NCBI GenBank assembly: GCA_035285125.1
Contig: JAYKHR010000048.1
Span: 64,001-128,000 of the forward strand
Source: Candidatus Sericytochromatia bacterium
Lineage (GTDB): Bacteria > Cyanobacteriota > Sericytochromatia > S15B-MN24 > JAQBPE01
DNA: 64,000 nt
Direction: 5' to 3'
The position numbers and the translations under genes were made by a program. The number at the start of each line of letters is the position of its first letter. Positions within the stretch are counted from its first letter, which is position 1. Shown here one piece after another: positions 1-9,357 of this stretch. The notes beneath the pieces are model-generated. The model saw only the letters and a list, made by a program, of their open reading frames with translations. It ran no database searches and was not told the DNA's origin.

Positions 1-872
1 AGGCGCTGCCAGTCCCCGCCGTCGACCTCGTCCGGCTCCTCGGAGGGGGGCAGCGCCGCCAGCTTGCGGGCAGCGGCCACGGCCACCTCGAAGGAGCCCA
101 GCTCGTCCACGAGACCGGCGGCCTTGGCCTGGCGGCCGGTGTAGATGCGCCCCTCCGCAAGCGGTCGGACGCGCGACACTGGCCAGCCACGCCCGGCCGC
201 AACGGCATCCAGGAACTGTTCGTAAGAGTCTTCCACGATGCTCTGCAGGATGCGACGCTCTTCGCGCGTCATCATCCTGTCGGGCGAGCCGATGTCCTTG
301 AGCCGCCCCGCTTTGATGGTGACGGAGCGGACGCCGACCTTGCCCATCAGGCCCTCGTAGTTGGCGAGGTGCATGATCACGCCGATGCTGCCCGTCAGCG
401 TGGCGGCGTTGGCCACGATGCGGTCAGCAGCAGCCGCGATCATGTAGCCGCCTGAGGCACAGACGTCGCCCATCGCCGCCACGATCCGGACCTTCTTGTC
501 CCGCTTGAGGCGGACAAGCTCGTCGTGCACCGCCTGCGAGGCAGCCGCCGACCCACCCGGGCTGTTGATCCGCAGCAGCAGGACCTTGGGAGGGTCCTTC
601 CGCAGTTGGCCGATCACCTTGAGCAGGCGCCGCGCGGAGGCGCCGTCGCTGCCGCCGAAGCCGCCGCCCCCGTCATCTTCCAGGATCATCCCGTCGACGT
701 TGAGCAAGGCGATCGCCGGGGTGCTCCCGCCGAGCCGCTCCCCGAAGCCAGCCAGGGGCTTGGCGGTGGCCTGCTGCCCCCGCGCGCCCTCGCCAACCCG
801 AGACCACACGCCCACCGCGGTGGAGGCGCAGGCCACGAGCAGGGCCCCCATAAACAGCTTCTCGAGCCTCAC
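1..872 (-). CDS. sppA: Signal peptide peptidase SppA (36K type, S49); 3' end runs off the window
   Basis: Manual translation gives LLRINSPGG, ASGGY, TGSIGV, KAGRLKD and GRIYTGRQA motifs. The GTG start at 872 overlaps the tmk stop (GTGA). Confidence 0.93.
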   Translation of the reverse strand, partial: MRLEKLFMGALLVACASTAVGVWSRVGEGARGQQATAKPLAGFGERLGGSTPAIALLNVDGMILEDDGGGGFGGSDGASARRLLKVIGQLRKDPPKVLLLRINSPGGSAAASQAVHDELVRLKRDKKVRIVAAMGDVCASGGYMIAAAADRIVANAATLTGSIGVIMHLANYEGLMGKVGVRSVTIKAGRLKDIGSPDRMMTREERRILQSIVEDSYEQFLDAVAAGRGWPVSRVRPLAEGRIYTGRQAKAAGLVDELGSFEVAVAAARKLAALPPSEEPDEVDGGDWQR

Positions 873-1507
873 AGCACGGTCCTCATCTCGACCCCGAGGC
901 GCCCCGCGAGCGCCTCCCGCATGGCACGCTGCACCCGCTCCGGCGGCTGCGTCGCGTCGATCACCACAAAGCGACCGGGCTCGGCCGCCGCGAGCGCCAG
1001 GTACCCGGCACGAAGCCGCTCGTGGAAGGCCAGCGCCTCGACCTCGAGCCGGTCCACGCTGCGGCTGGCGCGGACGCGCGCCAATCCCTCCGCGGGTGGC
1101 AGGTCGAGCAGCAGCGTCAGGTCGGGCCGCAGGCCGCCCGTCGCGATGGTGTTCAGCTGGCCGATCAGCGCCTGGTCGAGCCCCCGGCCGTGGCCCTGGT
1201 AGGCGAGCGTGGAGTCGCAGTAGCGGTCGCACAGCACGATGCTGCCCTGGGCCAGGGCCGGTCGCACCACGGTCTCGACGTGCTGGGCCCGATCCGCCGC
1301 GTAGAGCAGCAGCTCGGCGAGGGGGTTCAGCTCGCGGTTGGCAGGTTTGAGCAGGATCTCCCGGATCTGCCCCCCGATGGGGGTGCCGCCCGGGTTCTTG
1401 GTGGTGACGACGGTGTGGCCGAGGACCTCGAGCCAGTTGGCAAGCTGCGGCAGCTGGGTGCTCTTGCCAGCGCCCTCTGGCCCCTCCAGGGTAACGAAGC
1501 GTGCCAT
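869..1507 (-). CDS. tmk: Thymidylate kinase
   Basis: FVTLEGPEGAGKST P-loop, AADRAQH, CDRY..STLAYQG. Confidence 0.97.
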   Translation of the reverse strand: MARFVTLEGPEGAGKSTQLPQLANWLEVLGHTVVTTKNPGGTPIGGQIREILLKPANRELNPLAELLLYAADRAQHVETVVRPALAQGSIVLCDRYCDSTLAYQGHGRGLDQALIGQLNTIATGGLRPDLTLLLDLPPAEGLARVRASRSVDRLEVEALAFHERLRAGYLALAAAEPGRFVVIDATQPPERVQRAMREALAGRLGVEMRTVL

Positions 1508-1510
1508 GGC

Positions 1511-3109
1511 TCAGTTGGGGAAGATGCGCAGCCGCCGGTTCGGCTCCTCGCCGTAGGACTCAGAGCGCAGGTTGTAGCGTTCGACCATATCGTGCTGGAT
1601 GCGTCGGATCTTGGGAGAGGCGGGGTTCAGTTCGGCGGGCTCGGAGCGGGAGAGCACCGACTCGATGGCCGCCTGCGTCTCTTGCAGGGCCTCCTCTTCC
1701 TCCTCGCTCAGGGCGTCGGAGGGAGGGCCGCCGGTGTCGGGAAGCGGGGGCAAGGGGCCCGTGAGGGCGCCCTGGCCGGGCGTCTGGTCGAGGTGCATCA
1801 CCTCGCGCAGGGATTTTTGAATCTGCGGGATGGTGTTCGCCTTGACCACATAAACCGGGATGTTCTTGCGCTGGGCCTGCTCGAACACCTGGCCCCCGTT
1901 GCGGGCGTAGCTCTTGAGCACGAGCACGACATCGGCATCCGCCACGTTCTTGGTCACGACGGCGGGCAGCCGCAGCGTCCGGATCACGCGCTCGAGCTGG
2001 CTGCGGCTGACGGCGTAGGGGTAGATGCGCATCCGGCCAGCCGCGTCAGGCTCGTCCCGCTGCGACCGGTCTTCAGGCTGGTAGGCAGTCTCCCGCAGCA
2101 CCTTGACCTTCCCCTGGTCGTCCAGCGCCCGGATCTCCGGCTGCGGCACGTACCCCCGCAGCAGCTGGTCGACAACCTCCGCGACGTCGAGGTGAATGGC
2201 GAGGCGGTCGCGGTCCTGCAACTCGATGGCGATGTCGAAGGTGGGCGGCGCCTTGCGCTCCAGGATGGTTTTCTGGGTGCCCCGGCGGCGGGCCTCCTCG
2301 TCCGAGAGGGTCACGGACTGGATGCCACCGACGAGGTCAGAAAGCGTCGGGTTCATCAGCAGGTTCTCGAGCGAGTTGCCGTGAGCCGTGCCGATCAGCT
2401 GCACGCCACGTTCGGCGATCGTGCGGGCCGCGTAGGCCTCCTTCTCGGTGCCGATCTCATCGATGACGATGACCTCAGGCATATGGTTCTCCACCGCCTC
2501 GATCATCACGCCTTCCTGCGCCTCGGGCGTCGCCACCTGCATGCGGCGAGAGCGGCCGATGGCCGGGTGCGGGATGTCCCCATCACCCGCGATCTCGTTG
2601 CTGGTGTCGATGACAATGACGCGCTTGTTGAGTTCGTCGGCGAGCACCCTGGCGATTTCCCGCAGCTTGGTGGTCTTGCCGACGCCCGGGCGGCCCATAA
2701 TGAGAATGGAGCGGCCCGACTCGACCAGGTCGCGGATCATGTCGACGGTTCCCAGGATGGCCCGCCCGACGCGGCTGGTCAGCCCGATGATCTTGCCCTG
2801 CCGGTTGCGGATGCCACTGATGCGGTGGAGCGTCCGCTCGATGCCCGCCCGGTTGTCACCGGAGAAGGACCCCACGCGAGAGATGGCGTGGTCGATGTCC
2901 TCCTGGCTGGTGGGCTGGTCGCCCAGGTAGACCCAGCGGCCGGGAAACCTGGCCTCGGGGATGCGGCCGAGGTCCATGACGATCTCGATGAGATCCTCCA
3001 GGCCCTCCTGCTTGCGCAGGATCGCGACCAGGCGCGCCGGCAGGATCTCCAGGAGTTGCTCCTGGTTGTCCGTCACGCGCTTCTCGTGGATGCGGATGTC
3101 ACCTGCCAC
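1511..3109 (-). CDS. Ycf45/SpoIIIAA-like AAA ATPase with C-terminal R3H domain
   Basis: DNRAGIERTLHRIS, GRPGVGKTT, IDTSNEIAGDGD, IDEIG and C-terminal RRIQH..VERYNL.SES.G.EPNRR. GTG start chosen after a GGAGG-like RBS. Confidence 0.9.
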   Translation of the reverse strand: MAGDIRIHEKRVTDNQEQLLEILPARLVAILRKQEGLEDLIEIVMDLGRIPEARFPGRWVYLGDQPTSQEDIDHAISRVGSFSGDNRAGIERTLHRISGIRNRQGKIIGLTSRVGRAILGTVDMIRDLVESGRSILIMGRPGVGKTTKLREIARVLADELNKRVIVIDTSNEIAGDGDIPHPAIGRSRRMQVATPEAQEGVMIEAVENHMPEVIVIDEIGTEKEAYAARTIAERGVQLIGTAHGNSLENLLMNPTLSDLVGGIQSVTLSDEEARRRGTQKTILERKAPPTFDIAIELQDRDRLAIHLDVAEVVDQLLRGYVPQPEIRALDDQGKVKVLRETAYQPEDRSQRDEPDAAGRMRIYPYAVSRSQLERVIRTLRLPAVVTKNVADADVVLVLKSYARNGGQVFEQAQRKNIPVYVVKANTIPQIQKSLREVMHLDQTPGQGALTGPLPPLPDTGGPPSDALSEEEEEALQETQAAIESVLSRSEPAELNPASPKIRRIQHDMVERYNLRSESYGEEPNRRLRIFPN

Positions 3110-3287
3110 CGACTCGGCCTCCCTCCAGGCCCCGCGAACCCCGGGGTCTGCGTCCCTCACCCACGCGCCACGCGCGTCCAGTCCGATGCAGCCGCTCACT
3201 CACCAACACGCGAGGAAAGCTGGGTGGCCGAATCGGCTCTACCATAGCACGCCATACCCCGCCCCCGGGGCGGGGTTTCGAAACCCC

Positions 3288-4820
3288 TCAGCCGTGAGCG
3301 CCGAGCCCCGCCACGACCTTGATCGTCCTGAGCCGGACATCCTCGGGCCCGTTGATGAAGCCCCCCATCTGGTGCACGACCTTGAGGTACTCGATGGCCT
3401 CTGAGGAAATGACCTCGCCGGGCGCCAGGATAGGGATGCCCGGCGGGTAGGGGGCGACGAACTCGGCACAGACCCGCCCCGTGGAGGTGTCGAAGGGCAC
3501 AACCTCCGTCGCCGCGAAGAAGGCCTCGCGCGGCGTCAGCTGGGCATCGGGAAGCTCGGATGGCATCGGCAGGCTGGTGGGCAGGGCGCTCGTGCCCAGC
3601 GTGCCCCAGCGGCCGGCGCGCTCGGCGAGGACCTCGAAGGCAGCCACCACACGGTCGAGATCGCGTTGGTCGTTGCCGAGCGTCACGATGAGCAGGACGT
3701 TGTGGAGCGTGGCCATCTCTGACTGGATGTTGAACTCCGAGTTCAGCACGTCGAGGGCCATGAACCCCGTCATGCCCAACCCCGTGACGTTGATGGTGAG
3801 CTTCGTGACATCGAGGTCGTGGAGCCCGCCGGCCCCACAGCGGTCACGCCCGAACACGTAAATGCCGGGCAGCGCGTTGAGGCGCCTGCGGGCGTCCTCG
3901 GCCAAGCGCACGGTCTCGCCGAGCAACTCTCGCCCGGCGACGGCCATCTGCCGGCGGGCTGTGTCGAGCGAGGCCATCAGCACGTAGTTGGGGCTGGTGC
4001 TCTGGATGAGCTGCAGCACGTTGCGCACGCGATTCACGTTCACGCGGCTCCCCTGGACATGGAGCATGGAGGCCTGCGTCATGCCCGAGATGATCTTGTG
4101 GGTCGACTGGACCACCATGTCCGCCCCTGCCTCGAGGGCAGAGACCGGCAGCCCCTCGTGGAAGTGAAAGTGGGGGCCGTGGGCCTCGTCGACGAGCAGC
4201 GGCTTGCCGTGTGCGTGGCAGATGTCCGCGATGCGCCGCAGGTCGGCCACGCCCCCGAAGTAAGTCGGGTGCACCAGGCAGACCCCCTTGGCGTCCGGGT
4301 AGGCCACGAGGGCGGCTTCCACCTCCTCGGGCGTCACGCCGTGGGCGACGCAGAGGTCATCGTCCCACGTGGGCCGGATCCAGCACGGACGGGCCCCGGA
4401 GAGGATCGTGCCGCCCAGCATCGACTTGTGGGCGTTGCGCGGCAGGATGATCCGGTCCCCCGGGTCACAGACCGTCATCACCATGACGTTGTTGCCGGTG
4501 GTCGAGCCGTTGACGAGGAAAAAGCTGTGCGCGGCGCCGTAGGCCTCCGCCGCAAGCTCCTGCGCCTCCTTGATGACGCCGTCGGGGTCGTGGAGGTTGT
4601 CTACCTCTGGCAGCTCGCACAGGTCGATGCGCAGCATGCCGTCTCCCACCAGGGCCCGGAACTCGGGGTCGGCTCCCCGCCCCTGTTTGTGCCCAGGCGT
4701 ATGGAACGCGGACATGTCCTTGCGGGCGTAGTCGCGCATCGCCTCGAACAGCGGCGCACGGGCCTGTCGGGCGAGCCACTCGACTGAGGCGAGGGGGGAA
4801 GCGAGATCGGACGGTGTCAA
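3288..4820 (-). CDS. PLP-dependent Orn/Lys/Arg decarboxylase (YaaO-like)
   Basis: FHTPGHKQG, LVNGST, DEAHG, QSTHK (PLP lysine), PYPPGIP. The TTG start at 4820 follows GGAGG; the ATG at 4856 lies inside a TATGAT -10 box. Confidence 0.92.
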   Translation of the reverse strand: MTPSDLASPLASVEWLARQARAPLFEAMRDYARKDMSAFHTPGHKQGRGADPEFRALVGDGMLRIDLCELPEVDNLHDPDGVIKEAQELAAEAYGAAHSFFLVNGSTTGNNVMVMTVCDPGDRIILPRNAHKSMLGGTILSGARPCWIRPTWDDDLCVAHGVTPEEVEAALVAYPDAKGVCLVHPTYFGGVADLRRIADICHAHGKPLLVDEAHGPHFHFHEGLPVSALEAGADMVVQSTHKIISGMTQASMLHVQGSRVNVNRVRNVLQLIQSTSPNYVLMASLDTARRQMAVAGRELLGETVRLAEDARRRLNALPGIYVFGRDRCGAGGLHDLDVTKLTINVTGLGMTGFMALDVLNSEFNIQSEMATLHNVLLIVTLGNDQRDLDRVVAAFEVLAERAGRWGTLGTSALPTSLPMPSELPDAQLTPREAFFAATEVVPFDTSTGRVCAEFVAPYPPGIPILAPGEVISSEAIEYLKVVHQMGGFINGPEDVRLRTIKVVAGLGAHG

Positions 4821-4998
4821 GGCGCCTCCAGGGACTTGGTCGAACGGGTGGATCATACCGCGAGACGCGGTGCCCGCGATAGAACGGGCCCCACGCGCAG
4901 GTCGTCTTGCACCGGTGACGAGGCGTTGGTTTCAGCCACGCAACAACCAGGCATAAAGGGTCTTGGGGCGCCTCGGGCCCACCTGGGAGGAACACAGG

Positions 4999-7013
4999 GT
5001 GCGGTGTACCCGGCGTGGTGAGTTCCTGGCGCTCGCGGCTGGTGGGGCGCTGGCGGTGGCTGGCTGCAAGGCACCGGACGCGCCCTCGCTGGCGGTGGAC
5101 GGGCGCGTGGGGCGCGTGGCGGCAGGCACCGGCCGCGTCACGGAGACCACCCGGTTCGTGACGCTGGACCTGCCCGGCGTGGACCTGCGGGACGGCCAGA
5201 TCGTGAACTGGGGCGGCGCCAAGCTCACGGTCGAGCAAGGCGGCCTGTTGGTGCCCCTGGCGCTGCTCTCGGCAGGCGAGGTGTCTGTCACCGTGCCCGG
5301 CGCAGGCGCCTTCCGCTTCGACCCCGCCCCGGCCCTCGGCGGCCCATGGGCGCGGCAGGGCGCCACGGTCGGCGGCGCTGTGAACCCCGTCGGCACCTCG
5401 CTGAGCGGGGATGCCGCCATGCCGAGTGGCGGCGGCGCGATGGCCGGCGAAGGCCCCATCACGCTTCGCCCGATCGGCACCCGAGGGCCTGAGGGTGCGA
5501 CCTTTTACCAGCTGCCGACAGGCTCCGCCCCACTCGCGCCCGGGACCAAGGTCCAGTGGGGCACGCTCACGCTGGAAGCCGTGGACGGCGGGCTCTGGCT
5601 CCCGGCGGCGTTGTTGGACGCCGGCGTGACGACCCTGGTGCTTCCCGATGGCAGGACCCTCCCGGTCGACCGGTCCAAGCTCCTTGTGGGGACGACGTTC
5701 CTGCCGCCGGACCTGGCAGGTCGCGGGGCTGGGAGTTTGGCGGGAACGCCCCTGGCCGCGAGAGGCCAGAGCCCAACGGACGTCACCGACACGCTCACCG
5801 CAAGCCTCGAACAGGTACGGGAGCTGACCACCAGCGTGGGCGGCACGGAGTCCCTTGCCAGCACCACTGGTGGCCTCCCGCTGACGCTCGCCGAGCTCCT
5901 CACTCTGCCCGGGGCGGTCCGCCGGGAGGTCGCCAGTGGGGTGTGGCACGTGCAACGAGAGGGCGCCATCAGCCTGCTGGATAGCGCCGCGACCCCCAGG
6001 CCAGACGCGGGGCTGCTCGGGGCGCTGTTCGGGCCAGCGTCGCACGACGGCACCTCCTTGTCAGGCGCAGCCTCCGGCTCGAGCGCCGGAACGGCCAGCG
6101 GCGGCGTCGTGTCCTCCAACGGCGGCACCCTGGTCTCCACCAACGGTGGCAGCCTGGTCTCCTCCAACGGCGGCAGCCTGGTCTCCACCAACGGTGGCAG
6201 CCTGGTCTCCGGCAACGGCGGCGGCGTCGTGTCACCCAATGGCGGCACCCTCATCGCCGGGAACGGCGCGGGTCTGGTCGCCGGGAACGGCGCCAACCTC
6301 ATCTCCGACGCCGGGGCAGGCCTCGTGGTCGGCTACCCCTACTTCCCGATGACCCCGCCAGCCGCCCGGCTGCGCCTGATGCAGCTGGCCCCCCAGGTGG
6401 TGCCGAGGGAACGGGTGTCCGCAGGCGGCGTCCACGAGTTCCTGTGGCCCGCCCACACCCGCGTCCGGGCCCTCGACGCGGCCGGCAATCCGCTCTCCGG
6501 CTGGATGCAGACAGACGGGGTGGGGGCCTTCACGTTCGAGTTCAAGGGGAGCGTGCCAGGCATCTTCTTCATCCAGGCGGAGCTCCAGGCCCCCATCCCG
6601 GGAAGCCCCCTCTACCGGGCTTACGCCATGGCGGTGGCCCCCACGGACGAGGGGCCGGCCCTCGTGGTGCCGGTCAACGCGAACTCCACCATGACCTCGG
6701 GCTCGACGATGCACCTCCTGACCTACATCCCCCCGGAGCATGCGCGGCTGACCAGCCTGGTCTCGAGCTACAGCACGGCCGTCTCGAACCTGGCCGCCGA
6801 AAACAAGCTGAGCACCCAGGAGTCTGCCGACATGTCGCTCTACAGCTCGTCACTCAACGTCGCGACGGACCGGCAAGGCACGCTGGGGCAGGCCTGGCAG
6901 GCCCTCGCCCCCTTGGGCTACGGGGAGGACCTCGCCCGGGCCGACAGCGCCATCTCGCAACTGGATGCAGAGGCGATGAGCAAGGCAACCTCGCTGGCTG
7001 GGGTATATGCCCC
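4999..7013 (+). CDS. Putative Tat-type lipoprotein with Gly-rich octapeptide repeats (paralog 1); C-terminus disrupted by a frameshift near 7012
   Basis: GGAGG RBS then GTG at 4999. RRGEFL twin-arginine-like motif and AVAG-C lipobox. Collinear with the 7180-9342 protein; the homologous C-terminus continues in another frame from 7014. Confidence 0.75.
6100..6348 (+). repeat. About 9 tandem 24-bp (8-aa) repeats, consensus (L/V)VSxNGG(S/T), ending in GYPYFP
   Basis: Direct reading: VVSSNGGT LVSTNGGS LVSSNGGS LVSTNGGS LVSGNGGG VVSPNGGT LIAGNGAG LVAGNGAN LISDAGAG. Confidence 0.95.
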
Positions 7014-7179
7014 ATGTACCGCTTGCGCACCGCCAACGCGTTCACGCCCGGCTCGTTCCGGGCAATCCCGCCCAACACGCCGCCGCTGCCCGCCGTCGAC
7101 CAGACTTATCTGGATACGGGGAACGGCAATGGGGGGGGCAATGCAGCGGTCCCCTCATGGCCCCGAGGAGGATGTCTCG

Positions 7180-9342
7180 ATGTTCGTCTACCTTGCCCCG
7201 ACGTCGAACCGCCGCACCAGGGCCTGCAGGGCGCTCGTCGCGCTGAGCTTCACGGCCTCGCTGGCCGGCTGCGCAACGCCGCCGGGGGTGCTTGGGGACG
7301 AGCTCAAGTCTCGCCTGACGACCCCCGCCGGCGCCGCCCGCAATGGGACGGCCGAGCGGGCCCGGTACATCACGCTGGACCTCCCTGCGGCCAAGCTCCA
7401 GGGCGGGAAGCTGCCGCCGGGGGCCAGGCTGGTCTGGAACGGCACGCCGCTGCGCGTGGACTCGGAGGGCCGGGTGGCGGTGCCCGAGCGGTTGCTCGCG
7501 GCCCCTGGCGGGTTCACCCTCGTCATCGAGGGCGTGGGCAGCGCACGCGTCCGGCCCGACCAGCTGCAGGGCGACCGGCTGCAGGTTCCCGAGGCGGCGA
7601 TCGAGGCACTCACGCAGGACGCGGTCAGCGCCATCTTCCGGGCGGCTGATGCCAGCGCCCTGGCTGCGGCCAGCGGCGGGGCCGTCCCCCCAGGGGGCGC
7701 GGGGGGCACGGCCGACAGCCAGATGCCCACGGCCGAGCAGCTGCGGCTCGCGCCCATCCAGCTCGGGGCCAAGGTCGGGCTCTCGGCCTCCGGTCACCTC
7801 GGGGCGCTGGCGGCACTCGGCCAGGAATCGAACGGCGTTGTGACCTTCGGGCAGGGTGGGCTGACGCTCTCGCAGCTGCTGCTCGCGCCGGGGGCGGCCA
7901 CCTACGACGCGCGAACGGGCGAGACCACGTTCCAGTCGATCGAGGGCTTTCCCGGGGCGCTCCCGGTCGGCCCGAGCGGCCGGACGGCGCTGGAGCAAGC
8001 GCTCTACGGCAGCACCAGCGGCCGGGGCGTGATCGTCGGCACCAACGGGGGCACCCTGGTCAGCGGCTCCGGGGGGGCAGTGCCCGGCGGCGAAGGCGGA
8101 GCAGTGTCTGGCAGCCAGGGCGGGGCACTGATCGGCCCTGATGCCGGCGGACTGGTCTCTCGCTCGGACACGGGCCTTCTCGGCCCGGACTCCGGCTCCC
8201 TGACAGGGCAGGGCGGCAGCGGCCTCATCGGGCCAGACTCCGGCTCTCTGGTGCGGCAGCCCGGCAGCGGGCTCGTCGGGCTCGACGCCGGCTCATTGAC
8301 CCCCAAGACCGGCAGCCAACTGATCGGCCCCGATGGTGGCAACCTCATCGGCCTCGATGGGGGGGGCCTCATCGGCCTCGACGGGGGCGGCCTCATCGCC
8401 GACCGCGGCGTCGGCCTCGTCGGGCTAGACGGCGGCTCCCTGCTGGCCGAGCGAGGTGCCGGCCTGGTCGGGCTCGACGGCGGGAGCCTGGTGAACACGG
8501 GTGCCGCAGCCATGACGGGCTACCCTTACTTCCCTGCTGCTGGTCTGGCCGCCGCCAAGCACCAGCTGCTCTCCGTGGGGGTACCGGCTGCCCCACTCGA
8601 GCGCGTGACCAGCGGGGGCGTCCGGGAGGTCCTGCTGCCGGGCAAGACCCGTGTGCGGGCCATCAGCCTGCAGGGGCAGCCGCTGACGGACTGGACACAA
8701 ACCAGCCCCTCGGGTGCCTTCCAGCTCCAGCTGCCGCCCTCCGTGCCGGTGATCTTCCTGGTGCTGGCCGAGGCCCGTGTACTCGGCCAACCGGCGCAGC
8801 GGGCCTCCGCGCTGGCCTTCGCCCCAGGTGCCCTGGAGCGGCCGCTGGTGGTGCCCATCGACTCGGCCTCCACGCTCATCACCGCCTCGACCGCGTTCCT
8901 CGTGGACTACGTGCCGCGCGAGATTGCCCGCATCGAAGCCTTGCTGGAGACGCTGCCGGAAGACGACGCCTCGTACGCGCTGCTCGACGGCGACGGCCGG
9001 GGTGACGACGACCGCGACGGCCGGGACGACGATGACCGGGACGACGAGGATGAAGACGAAGACGAGGACAGCCTGCCTGCCCCCACCACCAAGCGGAGCG
9101 TGGCGGAGAAGCGGCTCAAGACGCTCGAGGCTGCCAAGACCAGCTTCAACCCCCTGTACTACGGGGTGGACACCCGGGCCGCCGACCTCCAACTCGACGC
9201 CGACCAGGCCATGGCGCTCAGCAAGGCCAGCTCGCTCGAGGAGGCCTACGCGCAGCTCCGCAACCTCTTCAAGGACAAGAAGCTCGCCCCCAAGTCGTTC
9301 AAGCCCGTGGCGCCCAAGTCGCCGCTCATCATCTCCAACTGA
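7180..9342 (+). CDS. Putative lipoprotein with Gly-rich octapeptide repeats and an acidic tract (paralog 2)
   Basis: Own RBS (GAGGAG) and ATG at 7180, basic N-region, hydrophobic stretch and LAG-C lipobox. In frame with the upstream ORF. Confidence 0.85.
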   Translation: MFVYLAPTSNRRTRACRALVALSFTASLAGCATPPGVLGDELKSRLTTPAGAARNGTAERARYITLDLPAAKLQGGKLPPGARLVWNGTPLRVDSEGRVAVPERLLAAPGGFTLVIEGVGSARVRPDQLQGDRLQVPEAAIEALTQDAVSAIFRAADASALAAASGGAVPPGGAGGTADSQMPTAEQLRLAPIQLGAKVGLSASGHLGALAALGQESNGVVTFGQGGLTLSQLLLAPGAATYDARTGETTFQSIEGFPGALPVGPSGRTALEQALYGSTSGRGVIVGTNGGTLVSGSGGAVPGGEGGAVSGSQGGALIGPDAGGLVSRSDTGLLGPDSGSLTGQGGSGLIGPDSGSLVRQPGSGLVGLDAGSLTPKTGSQLIGPDGGNLIGLDGGGLIGLDGGGLIADRGVGLVGLDGGSLLAERGAGLVGLDGGSLVNTGAAAMTGYPYFPAAGLAAAKHQLLSVGVPAAPLERVTSGGVREVLLPGKTRVRAISLQGQPLTDWTQTSPSGAFQLQLPPSVPVIFLVLAEARVLGQPAQRASALAFAPGALERPLVVPIDSASTLITASTAFLVDYVPREIARIEALLETLPEDDASYALLDGDGRGDDDRDGRDDDDRDDEDEDEDEDSLPAPTTKRSVAEKRLKTLEAAKTSFNPLYYGVDTRAADLQLDADQAMALSKASSLEEAYAQLRNLFKDKKLAPKSFKPVAPKSPLIISN
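8032..8535 (+). repeat. About 20 tandem 8-aa repeats, consensus L(I/V)G(P/L)DGGS, partly alternating in 16-aa units, ending in GYPYFP
   Basis: LIGPDAGG LVSRSDTG LLGPDSGS LTGQGGSG LIGPDSGS LVRQPGSG LVGLDAGS ... LIGLDGGG LIGLDGGG. Confidence 0.95.
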
Positions 9343-9357
9343 GGGCCAGCCGCCAAG

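Noticed and set aside
6100..8535. RTX toxin or ice-nucleation protein assignment for the Gly-rich repeats
   Set aside because: The period is 8 aa rather than the RTX 9 aa (GGxGxDxUx), and the AGYGST/TxT ice-binding motifs are absent.
4963..9342. A single 1459-aa protein as given in the ORF track
   Set aside because: An internal RBS, ATG and lipobox at 7180, plus the out-of-frame homologous C-terminus, show two genes.
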